Of a stretch of DNA of 34,313 nucleotides, positions 1-8,424 are shown piece after piece. The notes beneath the pieces are model-generated. The model was given only the letters and a program-made list of their open reading frames with translations. It searched no databases and was not told the DNA's origin. Every line of letters starts with the position of its first letter. Positions within the stretch are counted from its first letter, which is position 1. The stretch comes from an uncultured Candidatus Saccharibacteria bacterium (GTDB lineage Bacteria > Patescibacteriota > Minisyncoccia > Phycocordibacterales > GWA1-40-21), in NCBI GenBank assembly GCA_964587695.1, contig CAZPLP010000002.1, positions 1 to 34,313 on the forward strand, written 5' to 3'. A program made the position numbers and the translations under genes.

Positions 1-1823
1 CCACCACCAAACATCGCTGAAAAAAATTGTTGAAATTGAATGTTAATTTTGGCAACTCCATTTTTAAATTCTGTAGTAAGTTTTTCTTCTAATTCTATAA
101 TTAGGTTTTTTAAAGATTCTGATGATTTGATAAGATCTTCGAGTTCTTTCTCAAGAAATGTGTCTCTTTCTGTAGTTTCTTTATATTCTTTTACCACATC
201 ATCACCACCAGAAACTCCGGCATCTTCAAGACGTATTTTAATTTTCTCCATTGAATGTCTTTTTTCTTCTTGTACTTGTCTTGACTCGTCTACAACCTGA
301 AGTACAGTTAAAGCATTACCATTTTCATCTGTTGGCCAAAAATCTTTATATCTCAATGCTGGAATGCCTACCAAAACTGAGGCTTCTTGCAATTCTCTAT
401 CTAGTTCTACCTCGTCATGTTTCAACCTAGATTCCCTGCTTTCTAAACCATTCAATTTTCCTCTAATATCATTTTGTTCAGCGACAATTCTAAACAATGC
501 TTTTTCTGCATCTCTATTTGAATCTTTTTCTTTTTCGATATCATTTTTTAAAAATGAATATTGTTCGGAAAGTTCTGTTTCAAGATTATTTGCTTCTTTT
601 AATTTTAATTCGTGACCATTTTTTTCAGCCTCGAGTTTTTTAATATCATTTTCTAAATCAAAAATATCTTCTTTGTTTTCATTTTCTTTATTTCTTTCAA
701 TAAAATCCTTGAGAATATTTTTAATTGTGCTAAATATTTGTTGAATTTTTGAAAAACCTTGATTTTCTGTAACTCCATCAATTTCTAGATTAATTTGTTT
801 TGAAATAACTTCTATTTGAGACAATTCAACCGTCTTCATAGACTTCGCTGAATTTGCTTCGTTTTGTTTTTTTATTAATCTTAACAATGATGAAATTTCT
901 CCTTCTATCCTACCGATAGTTCTCATTAAATTATCCTTTACAGTACGTGTATCTTTAAGTTTACTTTCAACAGCAACAACATCATCACTCCTAGAATCTT
1001 TTGATTCAGATTTTGCTAATACTTGTTTTGCAAGAGATAGTTCTTTTTCTAATTTTTGAGAATTTTCAATTAAGGGGTGTTTCTCTGAAGCGATGTTTTG
1101 TTTTTCAAACTTTATATATTCTTCTTCACGTCTAAAATAATCGTGGTACATCTTTGTGAGATTTTCTTTCATCTCAAATGTTTTTTCTATCTTTTCGACA
1201 GCTTTTTTTAGAAACTTAATATGCGGAGCTATTTCTCTTCTCAAAGATTCTACTTGTTTGATATTTTCTTCAGTCTTTTCGAGCTTGCGGATACTTTCAT
1301 CTTTTTTATTTTGATAGATTTTTAAACCAAGTGCATCTTCTATCATTTCTCTTCTTTCTTTAATATTTGAATTCAAAACTTTATCAGCTTCTCCCTGAGA
1401 GATTATCTGATGGCCGGATGCTCCTATGTGAGCGCTCGACAAAAGTTCCACAATATCTTTCAAGCGCACGTGGCTCCCGTTTATAAGATATTCGCTTGAA
1501 GAATCTCTATTTACTACACGCTCAATTGTAACTTCATCAAAATCAATATTCAAAATTCTCTGAATGTTATTAAAAAGTAATTTAACAGATGCACGATTTG
1601 AACGTGAGGCATCTTTTCCACCATTAAAAATAAGGTCCTCTGCCCTTTTACCTCTTAATGACTTGATAGATTGCTCTCCCAAAACAAAACTGAATGCTTC
1701 TGCAACATTAGATTTACCAGAACCATTTGGGCCTACAATAGATGAAATAGGTACATTAAAATCTAATACAGATTTCTTTCCGAATGACTTGAATCCTGAA
1801 ATTTCGATTGATTTGAGATACAT
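1..1823 (-). CDS. smc: Chromosome segregation ATPase SMC, N-terminal part; the gene runs off the left edge and has no stop in the window, so it is absent from the ORF track
   Basis: Minus-strand translation from the ATG at 1823..1821 reads MYLKSIEISGFKSFGKKSVLDFNVPISSIVGPNGSGKSNVAEAFSFVLGEQSIKSLRG (Walker A GPNGSGKSN). No minus-strand stop-bounded ORF is listed here, consistent with a frame open to the edge. Confidence 0.85.
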   Translation of the reverse strand, partial: MYLKSIEISGFKSFGKKSVLDFNVPISSIVGPNGSGKSNVAEAFSFVLGEQSIKSLRGKRAEDLIFNGGKDASRSNRASVKLLFNNIQRILNIDFDEVTIERVVNRDSSSEYLINGSHVRLKDIVELLSSAHIGASGHQIISQGEADKVLNSNIKERREMIEDALGLKIYQNKKDESIRKLEKTEENIKQVESLRREIAPHIKFLKKAVEKIEKTFEMKENLTKMYHDYFRREEEYIKFEKQNIASEKHPLIENSQKLEKELSLAKQVLAKSESKDSRSDDVVAVESKLKDTRTVKDNLMRTIGRIEGEISSLLRLIKKQNEANSAKSMKTVELSQIEVISKQINLEIDGVTENQGFSKIQQIFSTIKNILKDFIERNKENENKEDIFDLENDIKKLEAEKNGHELKLKEANNLETELSEQYSFLKNDIEKEKDSNRDAEKALFRIVAEQNDIRGKLNGLESRESRLKHDEVELDRELQEASVLVGIPALRYKDFWPTDENGNALTVLQVVDESRQVQEEKRHSMEKIKIRLEDAGVSGGDDVVKEYKETTERDTFLEKELEDLIKSSESLKNLIIELEEKLTTEFKNGVAKINIQFQQFFSAMFGG

Positions 1824-1940
1824 CCCGTACGAAATAGGGCGCGGATAAAACATAAATCTTATCGGTTTCCTATTATAATTAAATTAATAAAAATATTTCT
1901 TGCTTAAAAACACATCCGCGTCCGCAATTTCGTACGGGAT
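1822..1940 (-). repeat. Palindromic element type A, copy 1, with terminal inverted repeats abutting the smc start codon
   Basis: atcccgtacgaaat (1822..1835) is the exact reverse complement of atttcgtacgggat (1927..1940). A second helix pairs gcgcggat with atccgcg. The AT-rich core contains TATAAT on the minus strand. A homologous copy lies at 26268..26388. Confidence 0.6.
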
Positions 1941-1983
1941 ACATTACTAACTATTTTATCAGATTATTTGAAAAAAAGAAGCT

Positions 1984-2012
1984 AAGAAACTGCCTTATTT
2001 AGGCAGTTTCTT
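1984..2012 (-). terminator. Rho-independent terminator after ORF 2011..2313
   Basis: Perfect 12-bp stem aagaaactgcct/aggcagtttctt with loop tattt. It is followed on the minus strand by agcttcttttttt. Confidence 0.65.
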
Positions 2013-2313
2013 ATTGAAATTCTGCGGAGAGACTCCTTATAAAATGTTCTATTTTTTTACCATCTGTGTCTTCGTTTGCATAATTATCTATATTTGAAGC
2101 GTCGTCTGGAGAAAGCAAAACTCCTCCTAATAAATAATCTTTTAATTTCAAACCGTCTTTTTCAAATATTTTTTTAAATTCATTTATTTTACTGGCAAGT
2201 TCATAGGCATCATCTGAATTTTTTATTTTTTTTGTCACTGAATCCATAATAGATAATAGCTCTTCACGTGTTTTTTCTTGTTCTGTTTTTGATGAAAAAT
2301 TTTCTAACTTCAT
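2011..2313 (-). CDS. Hypothetical small acidic protein (100 aa)
   Basis: ATG-initiated ORF lying 11 nt downstream of rnc in the same orientation. No motif recognised. Confidence 0.5.
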   Translation of the reverse strand: MKLENFSSKTEQEKTREELLSIMDSVTKKIKNSDDAYELASKINEFKKIFEKDGLKLKDYLLGGVLLSPDDASNIDNYANEDTDGKKIEHFIRSLSAEFQ

Positions 2314-2324
2314 AAATTATTTTA

Positions 2325-3026
2325 TTAATTAGCAAGCCAGCCTTTAACTTTTAGTGCATTCGAAGCAGCAACTTGTTCCGCTTCTTGCTTAGACTTTCCT
2401 TCACCTTCGGCAACTTTTTCTTTTCCTAAAAATACACCGACTGTAAACTGCTTGTCATGATCTGGTCCTTCTTCTTTCAATGTTTTATATAAAGGTGTTG
2501 TACTCTCGTAATCTTGAGCTTGTTCTTGAAACTTACTTTTTGCATCAAGCCATGTTTTCTCTTCAATTATTTTTTCTATTAAATTAAAAATATTGTTTGA
2601 AATAAAATATTTTGCTGAATCATATCCTTGATCCAAATATAAAGCGCCGATAAGAGCCTCTATCGTATTCGCAAGAATAATCTGTCTTGCTCGTCCAACA
2701 TCTTTTGCTTCCCCTTTTGAAAGAAGCAAATAATCATTTATTCCGATTTTTGAAGCCGCTTCAGCCATAGTAACTGCATTTACAAGCGCAGATCTATAAG
2801 CAGTAAGTTCACCCTCATCACTATCACGATATTTTTCATATAAGTGCTCTGTAACAATAAGCTCAAGTACTGCATCTCCTAGAAATTCTAATCGCTCATT
2901 ATGAACAAGCTCTGAATCTCTATGTTCATTTAAATAAGACCTATGTGTAAAGGCTTGTTTTAATAGATCTTTATTCTTAAATATAATTCCTATATTTTTC
3001 TCAAACTTTGAAAAATCCGGTTTCAT
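2325..3026 (-). CDS. rnc: Ribonuclease III
   Basis: RNase III signature ERLEFLGDAVLE, followed by a C-terminal dsRBD (KQEAEQVAASNAL). Confidence 0.9.
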   Translation of the reverse strand: MKPDFSKFEKNIGIIFKNKDLLKQAFTHRSYLNEHRDSELVHNERLEFLGDAVLELIVTEHLYEKYRDSDEGELTAYRSALVNAVTMAEAASKIGINDYLLLSKGEAKDVGRARQIILANTIEALIGALYLDQGYDSAKYFISNNIFNLIEKIIEEKTWLDAKSKFQEQAQDYESTTPLYKTLKEEGPDHDKQFTVGVFLGKEKVAEGEGKSKQEAEQVAASNALKVKGWLAN

Positions 3027-3045
3027 GAATGTATTTTGCTATATT

Positions 3046-3948
3046 TTATAAATTATTTTTGCTACTTATTATTGTTATCGCCTTTGTAATGATTGGTAAA
3101 ATGTCGTTATAAAAATTAAGATTTTGAATATCTTGCAGCTTGAACCATTTTGCATCATCAAGTCCCCCACTATCACCAAGTTTTAATTCTTTTCTTTCAG
3201 CTTTGGCAAGAAAATATACAACCTGTTTTCTTATTTTCCCTTCTACTGGGTGATTTGCTACGTATTCATTTTTTAAAAGTTCTTCTTCAACTGTGATATC
3301 TATACCTAATTCATCTTTTATTTCTCTTAGTACTCCGACTTTTGGATCTTCATCTGGATTAATCTTTCCTTTAGAAAGAGTCCATTTACCAAAAACATCA
3401 TGAACAAAAGCAAAATAAATATTTCCATCTTCTATACTGTAAACTACCGCTCCGGCAAGTTGTTTTATTGGCATTTTATCAAACGGAATATCAGTATGAA
3501 TTTTTTTTGAATATTCATCTTTCCCTGGCTCTCCAAGTTCCTTATATATAGTACCCAAAACTCCATTTATAAAACCTCCGCTTTTTTCTCCACTATATGC
3601 TTTTGCAAGCTCAATAGCTTCGTTGATTGCAACTTTTGCTGGAACTTCTTTTCTATCAGAGAACAAAAGCTCATAAAGTCCTATACGTAAAATATTCCTA
3701 TCTGCAATAGAAATTTTATCTATTGGCCAGTCTGGTGCTGCTTTAACAATAATACTATCTAAATCTGCTTTTTTATCGATAACTCCTTTTAAAAGTGCCT
3801 CGGAAAATGATTTTTCGGAATTACCCTCGCCAAATTCTGCATTGTTTCTTTCGAGTGATGCTACCGCATCTTCTCTCGAAGAATTGCGAAAATCCCACTC
3901 AAAGGCGGATTGAAATACTATTGATCTTGCAAGGTGCCTACTAGACAT
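3046..3948 (-). CDS. nusB: NusB antitermination factor fused to a C-terminal Nudix hydrolase domain
   Basis: The N-terminal ~140 aa are NusB-like (RNILRIGLYELLF...PAKVAINEAIELAK...FINGVLG). The C-terminal half carries a Nudix box, GKINPDEDPKVGVLREIKDELGI (GX5EX7REUXEEXGU). Confidence 0.8.
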   Translation of the reverse strand: MSSRHLARSIVFQSAFEWDFRNSSREDAVASLERNNAEFGEGNSEKSFSEALLKGVIDKKADLDSIIVKAAPDWPIDKISIADRNILRIGLYELLFSDRKEVPAKVAINEAIELAKAYSGEKSGGFINGVLGTIYKELGEPGKDEYSKKIHTDIPFDKMPIKQLAGAVVYSIEDGNIYFAFVHDVFGKWTLSKGKINPDEDPKVGVLREIKDELGIDITVEEELLKNEYVANHPVEGKIRKQVVYFLAKAERKELKLGDSGGLDDAKWFKLQDIQNLNFYNDILPIITKAITIISSKNNL

Positions 3949-4036
3949 ATATTTTGCTTAGTTTATTAAGCTTATTTGATTACTATAAATAGTCTATAAT
4001 AAAAAAAGAAAAAAGAAAAGGACCTCAAAAAATATT

Positions 4037-4066
4037 AAAGGGCGGCACCTTAGGTGCCGCCTTTTA
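4037..4066 (-). terminator. Hairpin terminator downstream of rpmF
   Basis: GC-rich 9-bp stem ggcggcacc/ggtgccgcc flanked by A and T runs. Confidence 0.6.
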
Positions 4067-4070
4067 ATAT

Positions 4071-4340
4071 TTATTTTTTGTCTTCAGTTTTTTTCTCAGA
4101 TTTCTTTGGAGTTTTTGTTGCTTTTTCTGCCTTTGCTACTTTCGCAGTTTTTACAGCTTTTGGCTTTTTTTCTAAATTGATTACAACTCTTCCTCTGTAT
4201 TTTCCGCAATTCGAACATGCTTGATGTCTCATTACTGGACTATTACAATCTGGGCACTTTGTAAGTGCAATCCCCTTCAAAGCATGATGTGATCTCGTGC
4301 TTCCTCTCTGGGATCTATTATGTCTCATTCGATTTACCAT
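4071..4340 (-). CDS. rpmF: 50S ribosomal protein L32 with a lysine-rich C-terminal tail
   Basis: MVNRMRHNRSQRGSTRSHHALK followed by zinc-ribbon cysteines CPDC...CSNC, then a K/A/E-rich tail. Confidence 0.85.
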   Translation of the reverse strand: MVNRMRHNRSQRGSTRSHHALKGIALTKCPDCNSPVMRHQACSNCGKYRGRVVINLEKKPKAVKTAKVAKAEKATKTPKKSEKKTEDKK

Positions 4341-4391
4341 AGTGAAAAGAGTATAGCTTATTTTTTAAAAAAAGAAAAGGCCTTTTTGCTT

Positions 4392-5003
4392 TTAAACAAA
4401 ATTTTTACAAAAACTCTTTCTATGCTCAGCACTAAGACCATTTTTCTTTATAGCTTCACAATGTTTTTTAGTTCCATAACCTTTATGAATTTCAAAACAG
4501 TATTTTGAATATTTTTTCGCAAGTTTACACATAAGGGAGTCCCTTGAAACTTTTGCGACAATTGAAGCAAAAGCTATCGATCTTTCTTTTTCATCGCCTT
4601 TGATAATTGTCTTTTGATTTTTATATTTTTCCGGTGCTTTAAGTCCCCCATCAAGTAACACAAGACATTCTTTTGGTTTTACTTTTAATTTGGTTAAAGA
4701 TTTTTTTAAACAATTTTTAATCGCTTTACTCAAGCCAATAGTGTCTATTCTTTTAGCACTTTCGTAACTAACAAAATAATCTACCCTTTTTTCTTTTTTT
4801 AATGTTTTTAATCTATCAAAAATCTCTTCCCTTTTTATTGGAGTAAGTTTTTTAGAATCCTTTAATACACCGAAACTTTTTGCATTAAATTTTACGGGCA
4901 TTTTAAAAGTGCAAACAGCTACTGGACCGGCTAAAGGCCCTCTGCCCACTTCATCTATTCCTACAACAAATTTTATATCTTCTGGCAACCTTTTGTTTTT
5001 CAT
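4392..5003 (-). CDS. rnhB: Ribonuclease HII
   Basis: GIDEVGRGPLAGPV active-site motif and typical length (203 aa). Confidence 0.9.
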   Translation of the reverse strand: MKNKRLPEDIKFVVGIDEVGRGPLAGPVAVCTFKMPVKFNAKSFGVLKDSKKLTPIKREEIFDRLKTLKKEKRVDYFVSYESAKRIDTIGLSKAIKNCLKKSLTKLKVKPKECLVLLDGGLKAPEKYKNQKTIIKGDEKERSIAFASIVAKVSRDSLMCKLAKKYSKYCFEIHKGYGTKKHCEAIKKNGLSAEHRKSFCKNFV

Positions 5004-5030
5004 AAATTAAAGTATTATTATGATAACATT

Positions 5031-7574
5031 ATGGCAAAATTTATTCATTTACATACTCATTCCCACTATTCTTTGCTCAATGCACTGCCTCAATTAAAAG
5101 AACTTATTAAAACAGTGAAGGATTTGGGCATGACATCTATAGCACTTACAGATGCTGGAAATATGTATGGGACTATTGAATTTTATCAAGATTGTAAAAA
5201 TAACGGGATAAAACCAATAATTGGAGTAGATTTTTACGTCGCCTCACGAACACGAAATGATAAACAGGGAGGAATAGATAATCGTAGAACCCGTTTAGTA
5301 CTCTTGGCAAAAAATGAAATTGGTTATAAAAATCTTATAAAACTTGTCACAGATTCATTTTTTGAGGGATTTTATTACAAGCCAAGGATAGACCATGAAC
5401 TTATAGAGAAATATTCTGAGGGGCTCGTTTGTATTATACCCCATTTTTCTGGAGAAACTTCGTACTCATTAAAAAACGGCGATACAGAAAAAGCTATAAA
5501 TGTTATAGCTTGGTATAAGAAAATCTTTAAAAATGATTTTTTTATAGAAATAACACATCATCCAGAAATAGAAGGACAAATTGAGCTTAAAGAAAAAATA
5601 ATAGAATTAGCAAAGGAAACCAAAACACCTCTTGTAGCAGCACATGATGTTTATTATTTACATCCGGAGGATAAAGCAGCTCGCGACACTCTTGTTCAAG
5701 TAAATTCTCATTCAGATTTTATAGATCGTGAACAAAAAGACAGCATTGATGATTTTTCTCTTATCTCATCAGAGACAGCAGAGCAATATTTCAAAGACAC
5801 ACCAGAAGCATTGGAAAACACTATAAAAATTGCTGAAATGTGTAATGTTGAAATTACACTTGGAAAAGATGCTTGGGTTTTTCCTGAATATTTTGTAGAA
5901 AGTGGTTTATCACATGATGAAGAATTAAAAAGGCTTGCATATCTTGGGATAGCAAAAAGAAATCTTACACATTCAAAAGAAGTAATAGACAGAATTGAAT
6001 ATGAACTTAAAATTATTAAAGATAAAAAATATTCAAAGTATTTTTTAGTTGTATCTGATCTTTTGCGCTTTGCTACTGAAAATGGAATTTATTCAAACAT
6101 AAGAGGTTCTGTTGCGGGATCTATTGTTACCTATCTTACTGGTATTACAAAAGTAAATCCGCTTGAATATAAACTTCCTTTTGAAAGATTTTTAAATCCG
6201 GAAAGACCTTCTGCCCCTGATATCGACATGGACTTTGCCGATAATCGAAGAGATGATGTTATAAATTATACTAAACAAAAATACGGAAAAGAAAACGTCG
6301 CACAAATCGGAACTTTTGGCACCATGATGGCTCGTGGTGCTTGTCGTGATGTTGCAAGAGCAATGGGTTATCCACTTCCTCTTGCAGACAAAATTGCCAA
6401 ACTTATTCCAATGGGTGCACAAGGAAAACCCATGACTCTAAAAAAAGCACTTAGGGATGTATCCGAACTCAAAGACATGTATGACAATAGTAAAGATACG
6501 AAAACAATTATAGATATGGCACAAAAAATAGAAGGTTGTGCAAGACACATTTCGGTTCATGCCGCTGGAGTTGTTATTGCTCCTTCACCTCTTATAAACT
6601 ATGTTCCGCTACAATATGATACGAAAGGTGAAAATAAAATCATTACTCAATATGATATGGATTCTGTTGGAGAAGATGGCGTTGGACTTTTAAAATTTGA
6701 TTTTCTTGGAATTAAAAATCTTTCAATTCTTGCTGAAGCTGTTCGTCGCGTAAAAGCTATCGAAAATATTGATATAGATATCGAGGCAATTCCACTAGAT
6801 GATAAACTCACTTATGAACTTTTAACAAAAGGAGAAACAACTGGACTTTTTCAACTAAACGGCCAGGGGATGACTAAATCTTTAAAAGAATTAAAACCAA
6901 CAAATGTTCACGATATAAATGTTATGGTCGCACTTTATAGGCCCGGACCAATGGACAACATACAAGAATATATTGCAAGAAAGCATGGTCTTAAAAAAAC
7001 TTCTTACCTCCACCCAAAAATGAAAGACTTTCTTGATACAACTTTTGGAGTACTTGTTTATCAGGATGATCTCTTAATGACTGCTATAGAAGTTGCTGGA
7101 TATACTTGGGGTGAAGTTGATAAATTTAGAAAAGCTATTGGAAAAAAGATACCGGAGGAAATGGCAAAGCAACATGTAAAATTCGTTGAGGGTTGTATTA
7201 AACATGGAGGTATGACAAGTAGTAAAGCAGAATCACTATGGAATTTGTTTGAACCATTTCAAGGTTATGGTTTCAATAAGGCACATGCAGCAAGTTATGG
7301 ACGCGTCGCATATCAAACTGCATATATGAAAGCAAACTTTCCTGCTATTTATATGTCTGCCGTTCTTACTGCAGATTCCGGAGACGTAGAAAAAATTGGT
7401 GAATTTATGGCCGATTGTAAAAAAATGGGAATTCCAGTTTTGCCTCCGTCTGTTAATGAAAGTTACAGAGATTTCACGACTGTTAAAACTCCAGGTGCAG
7501 ATGTACATTCAGCTGGAATTGATCGCGACAAAATCCGGTTTGGACTTACAACAATAAAAAACTTTGGCGAATAG
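5031..7574 (+). CDS. dnaE: DNA polymerase III alpha subunit, PHP plus polymerase core; ends at an in-frame TAG
   Basis: PHP motif HLHTHSHYSLL, PDIDMDF, and the palm/fingers blocks (GLLKFDFLG, YRPGPM, FNKAHAASY). The frame stops at TAG 7572..7574 in the middle of the conserved IKNFGE-x-IxxxIIEER region. Confidence 0.85.
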   Translation: MAKFIHLHTHSHYSLLNALPQLKELIKTVKDLGMTSIALTDAGNMYGTIEFYQDCKNNGIKPIIGVDFYVASRTRNDKQGGIDNRRTRLVLLAKNEIGYKNLIKLVTDSFFEGFYYKPRIDHELIEKYSEGLVCIIPHFSGETSYSLKNGDTEKAINVIAWYKKIFKNDFFIEITHHPEIEGQIELKEKIIELAKETKTPLVAAHDVYYLHPEDKAARDTLVQVNSHSDFIDREQKDSIDDFSLISSETAEQYFKDTPEALENTIKIAEMCNVEITLGKDAWVFPEYFVESGLSHDEELKRLAYLGIAKRNLTHSKEVIDRIEYELKIIKDKKYSKYFLVVSDLLRFATENGIYSNIRGSVAGSIVTYLTGITKVNPLEYKLPFERFLNPERPSAPDIDMDFADNRRDDVINYTKQKYGKENVAQIGTFGTMMARGACRDVARAMGYPLPLADKIAKLIPMGAQGKPMTLKKALRDVSELKDMYDNSKDTKTIIDMAQKIEGCARHISVHAAGVVIAPSPLINYVPLQYDTKGENKIITQYDMDSVGEDGVGLLKFDFLGIKNLSILAEAVRRVKAIENIDIDIEAIPLDDKLTYELLTKGETTGLFQLNGQGMTKSLKELKPTNVHDINVMVALYRPGPMDNIQEYIARKHGLKKTSYLHPKMKDFLDTTFGVLVYQDDLLMTAIEVAGYTWGEVDKFRKAIGKKIPEEMAKQHVKFVEGCIKHGGMTSSKAESLWNLFEPFQGYGFNKAHAASYGRVAYQTAYMKANFPAIYMSAVLTADSGDVEKIGEFMADCKKMGIPVLPPSVNESYRDFTTVKTPGADVHSAGIDRDKIRFGLTTIKNFGE

Positions 7575-8303
7575 ATTTCTAGAGTAATAATTGAAGAAAG
7601 AAAGAAAAATGGAAAGTTTACTTCCCTTTCAAATTTTCTTGAGAGAATTATGGACAGAAATTTAAACAAAAGATCTCTTGAGCCTCTTATTAAAACTGGT
7701 GCACTAGATGAGTTTGGTGATCGTGGTGTCATGCTCGCAAATTCTGAAAATCTTTTAAAATTTAATAAGGAGCTCAGTAAAAAAGATCAAAATCAAGATT
7801 CACTTTTCGGAATCTTTGATGGTGTATCTGCAGATACAGGAAAAATACAAGAAGCTTTCACACTTGAGCCAGCACCAAATGCAACAATGAAAGATAAACT
7901 CAACTGGGAAAAAGAATTGCTCGGAGTATATATTTCTGGACATCCTTTGGATAAATACAGAAATGCTTTGGATAAACAAAAAATAAGCATACAAAGAATT
8001 AAAAATTTACCAAATACTGAATCAGCCGAAGCAGAAGCAATAAAATCACAAATTGATGCTGGTCAACCAATCGGCGGAATCATCGAGGAGGTTCGAGAAA
8101 TAATGACTAAAAATAACGAGCCAATGGCATTTATAAAGCTTGCCGATTTTACTGGCTCAATAGATGCCGTAGTCTTTCCAAAAACTTATGCACAAATGAA
8201 AGATTCTATTAAACCCGACAAATGTATTGCAGCTATTTGTAAAGTTTCAGAAAGAAACGGAGAAATGAGCTTGATTATTGAGAGGTTGAAAGTACTAGAG
8301 TAA
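7575..8303 (+). CDS. dnaE: DNA polymerase III alpha, C-terminal continuation (HhH plus OB fold), in the same frame as 5031..7574; first ATG at 7650
   Basis: The codons directly after the TAG read ISRVIIEERKKNGKFTSLSNFLERIMDRNLNKRSLEPLIKTGALDEFG, which is the canonical DnaE segment following IKGVGE. Confidence 0.7.
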   Translation: MSRVIIEERKKNGKFTSLSNFLERIMDRNLNKRSLEPLIKTGALDEFGDRGVMLANSENLLKFNKELSKKDQNQDSLFGIFDGVSADTGKIQEAFTLEPAPNATMKDKLNWEKELLGVYISGHPLDKYRNALDKQKISIQRIKNLPNTESAEAEAIKSQIDAGQPIGGIIEEVREIMTKNNEPMAFIKLADFTGSIDAVVFPKTYAQMKDSIKPDKCIAAICKVSERNGEMSLIIERLKVLE

Positions 8304-8335
8304 AATCTTAAATATTGTCCTAGATTTTGTTAAGC

Positions 8336-8364
8336 TTGACTTTTGTTTATCGCAAGTATATTAT
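8336..8364 (+). promoter_or_regulatory. Near-consensus sigma70-like promoter with no protein-coding gene downstream on the plus strand
   Basis: TTGACT (8336..8341), a 17-nt spacer, then TATTAT (8359..8364). Confidence 0.35.
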
Positions 8365-8377
8365 AACACTATAAAGT

Positions 8378-8421
8378 GCCGAAAGGCTCCGAGAAACCCC
8401 GCAGAAATGTGGGGTTTCGAG
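8378..8421. terminator. Two GAAA-loop hairpins between the convergent dnaE and mazF-like genes (terminator and/or small RNA body)
   Basis: gcc-gaaa-ggc (8378..8387). An 11-bp stem at 8393..8403 / 8408..8418 with loop gaaa, followed by gagtttct. Confidence 0.5.
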
Positions 8422-8424
8422 TTT

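Noticed and set aside
40-1848. Plus-strand ORFs 40..300, 364..615 and 1564..1848.
   Set aside because: They are low-complexity S/F/L-rich translations lying antisense to the clearly recognisable smc reading frame, which has its Walker A at ~1700..1740 on the minus strand. They are spurious.
1822-1940. Type A elements as invertible promoters (invertons).
   Set aside because: The geometry, inverted repeats flanking an AT-rich core with a -10 box directly upstream of a gene, resembles one. However, one copy controls the essential smc, no invertase or recombinase is in the window, and the repeat includes part of the start codon. This is kept as a testable alternative in the findings rather than as a call.
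7572-7574. Alternative genetic code (UAG or UGA reassignment) as the explanation for the dnaE in-frame stop.
   Set aside because: TAG ends pheT, fba, the RT and the C39-like ORF at the expected C-termini. TGA ends the sortase, the GT2 gene and avd. An RF1 gene (UAA/UAG decoding) is present. The conserved proteins read here have no internal TGA. The standard bacterial code fits everything else.
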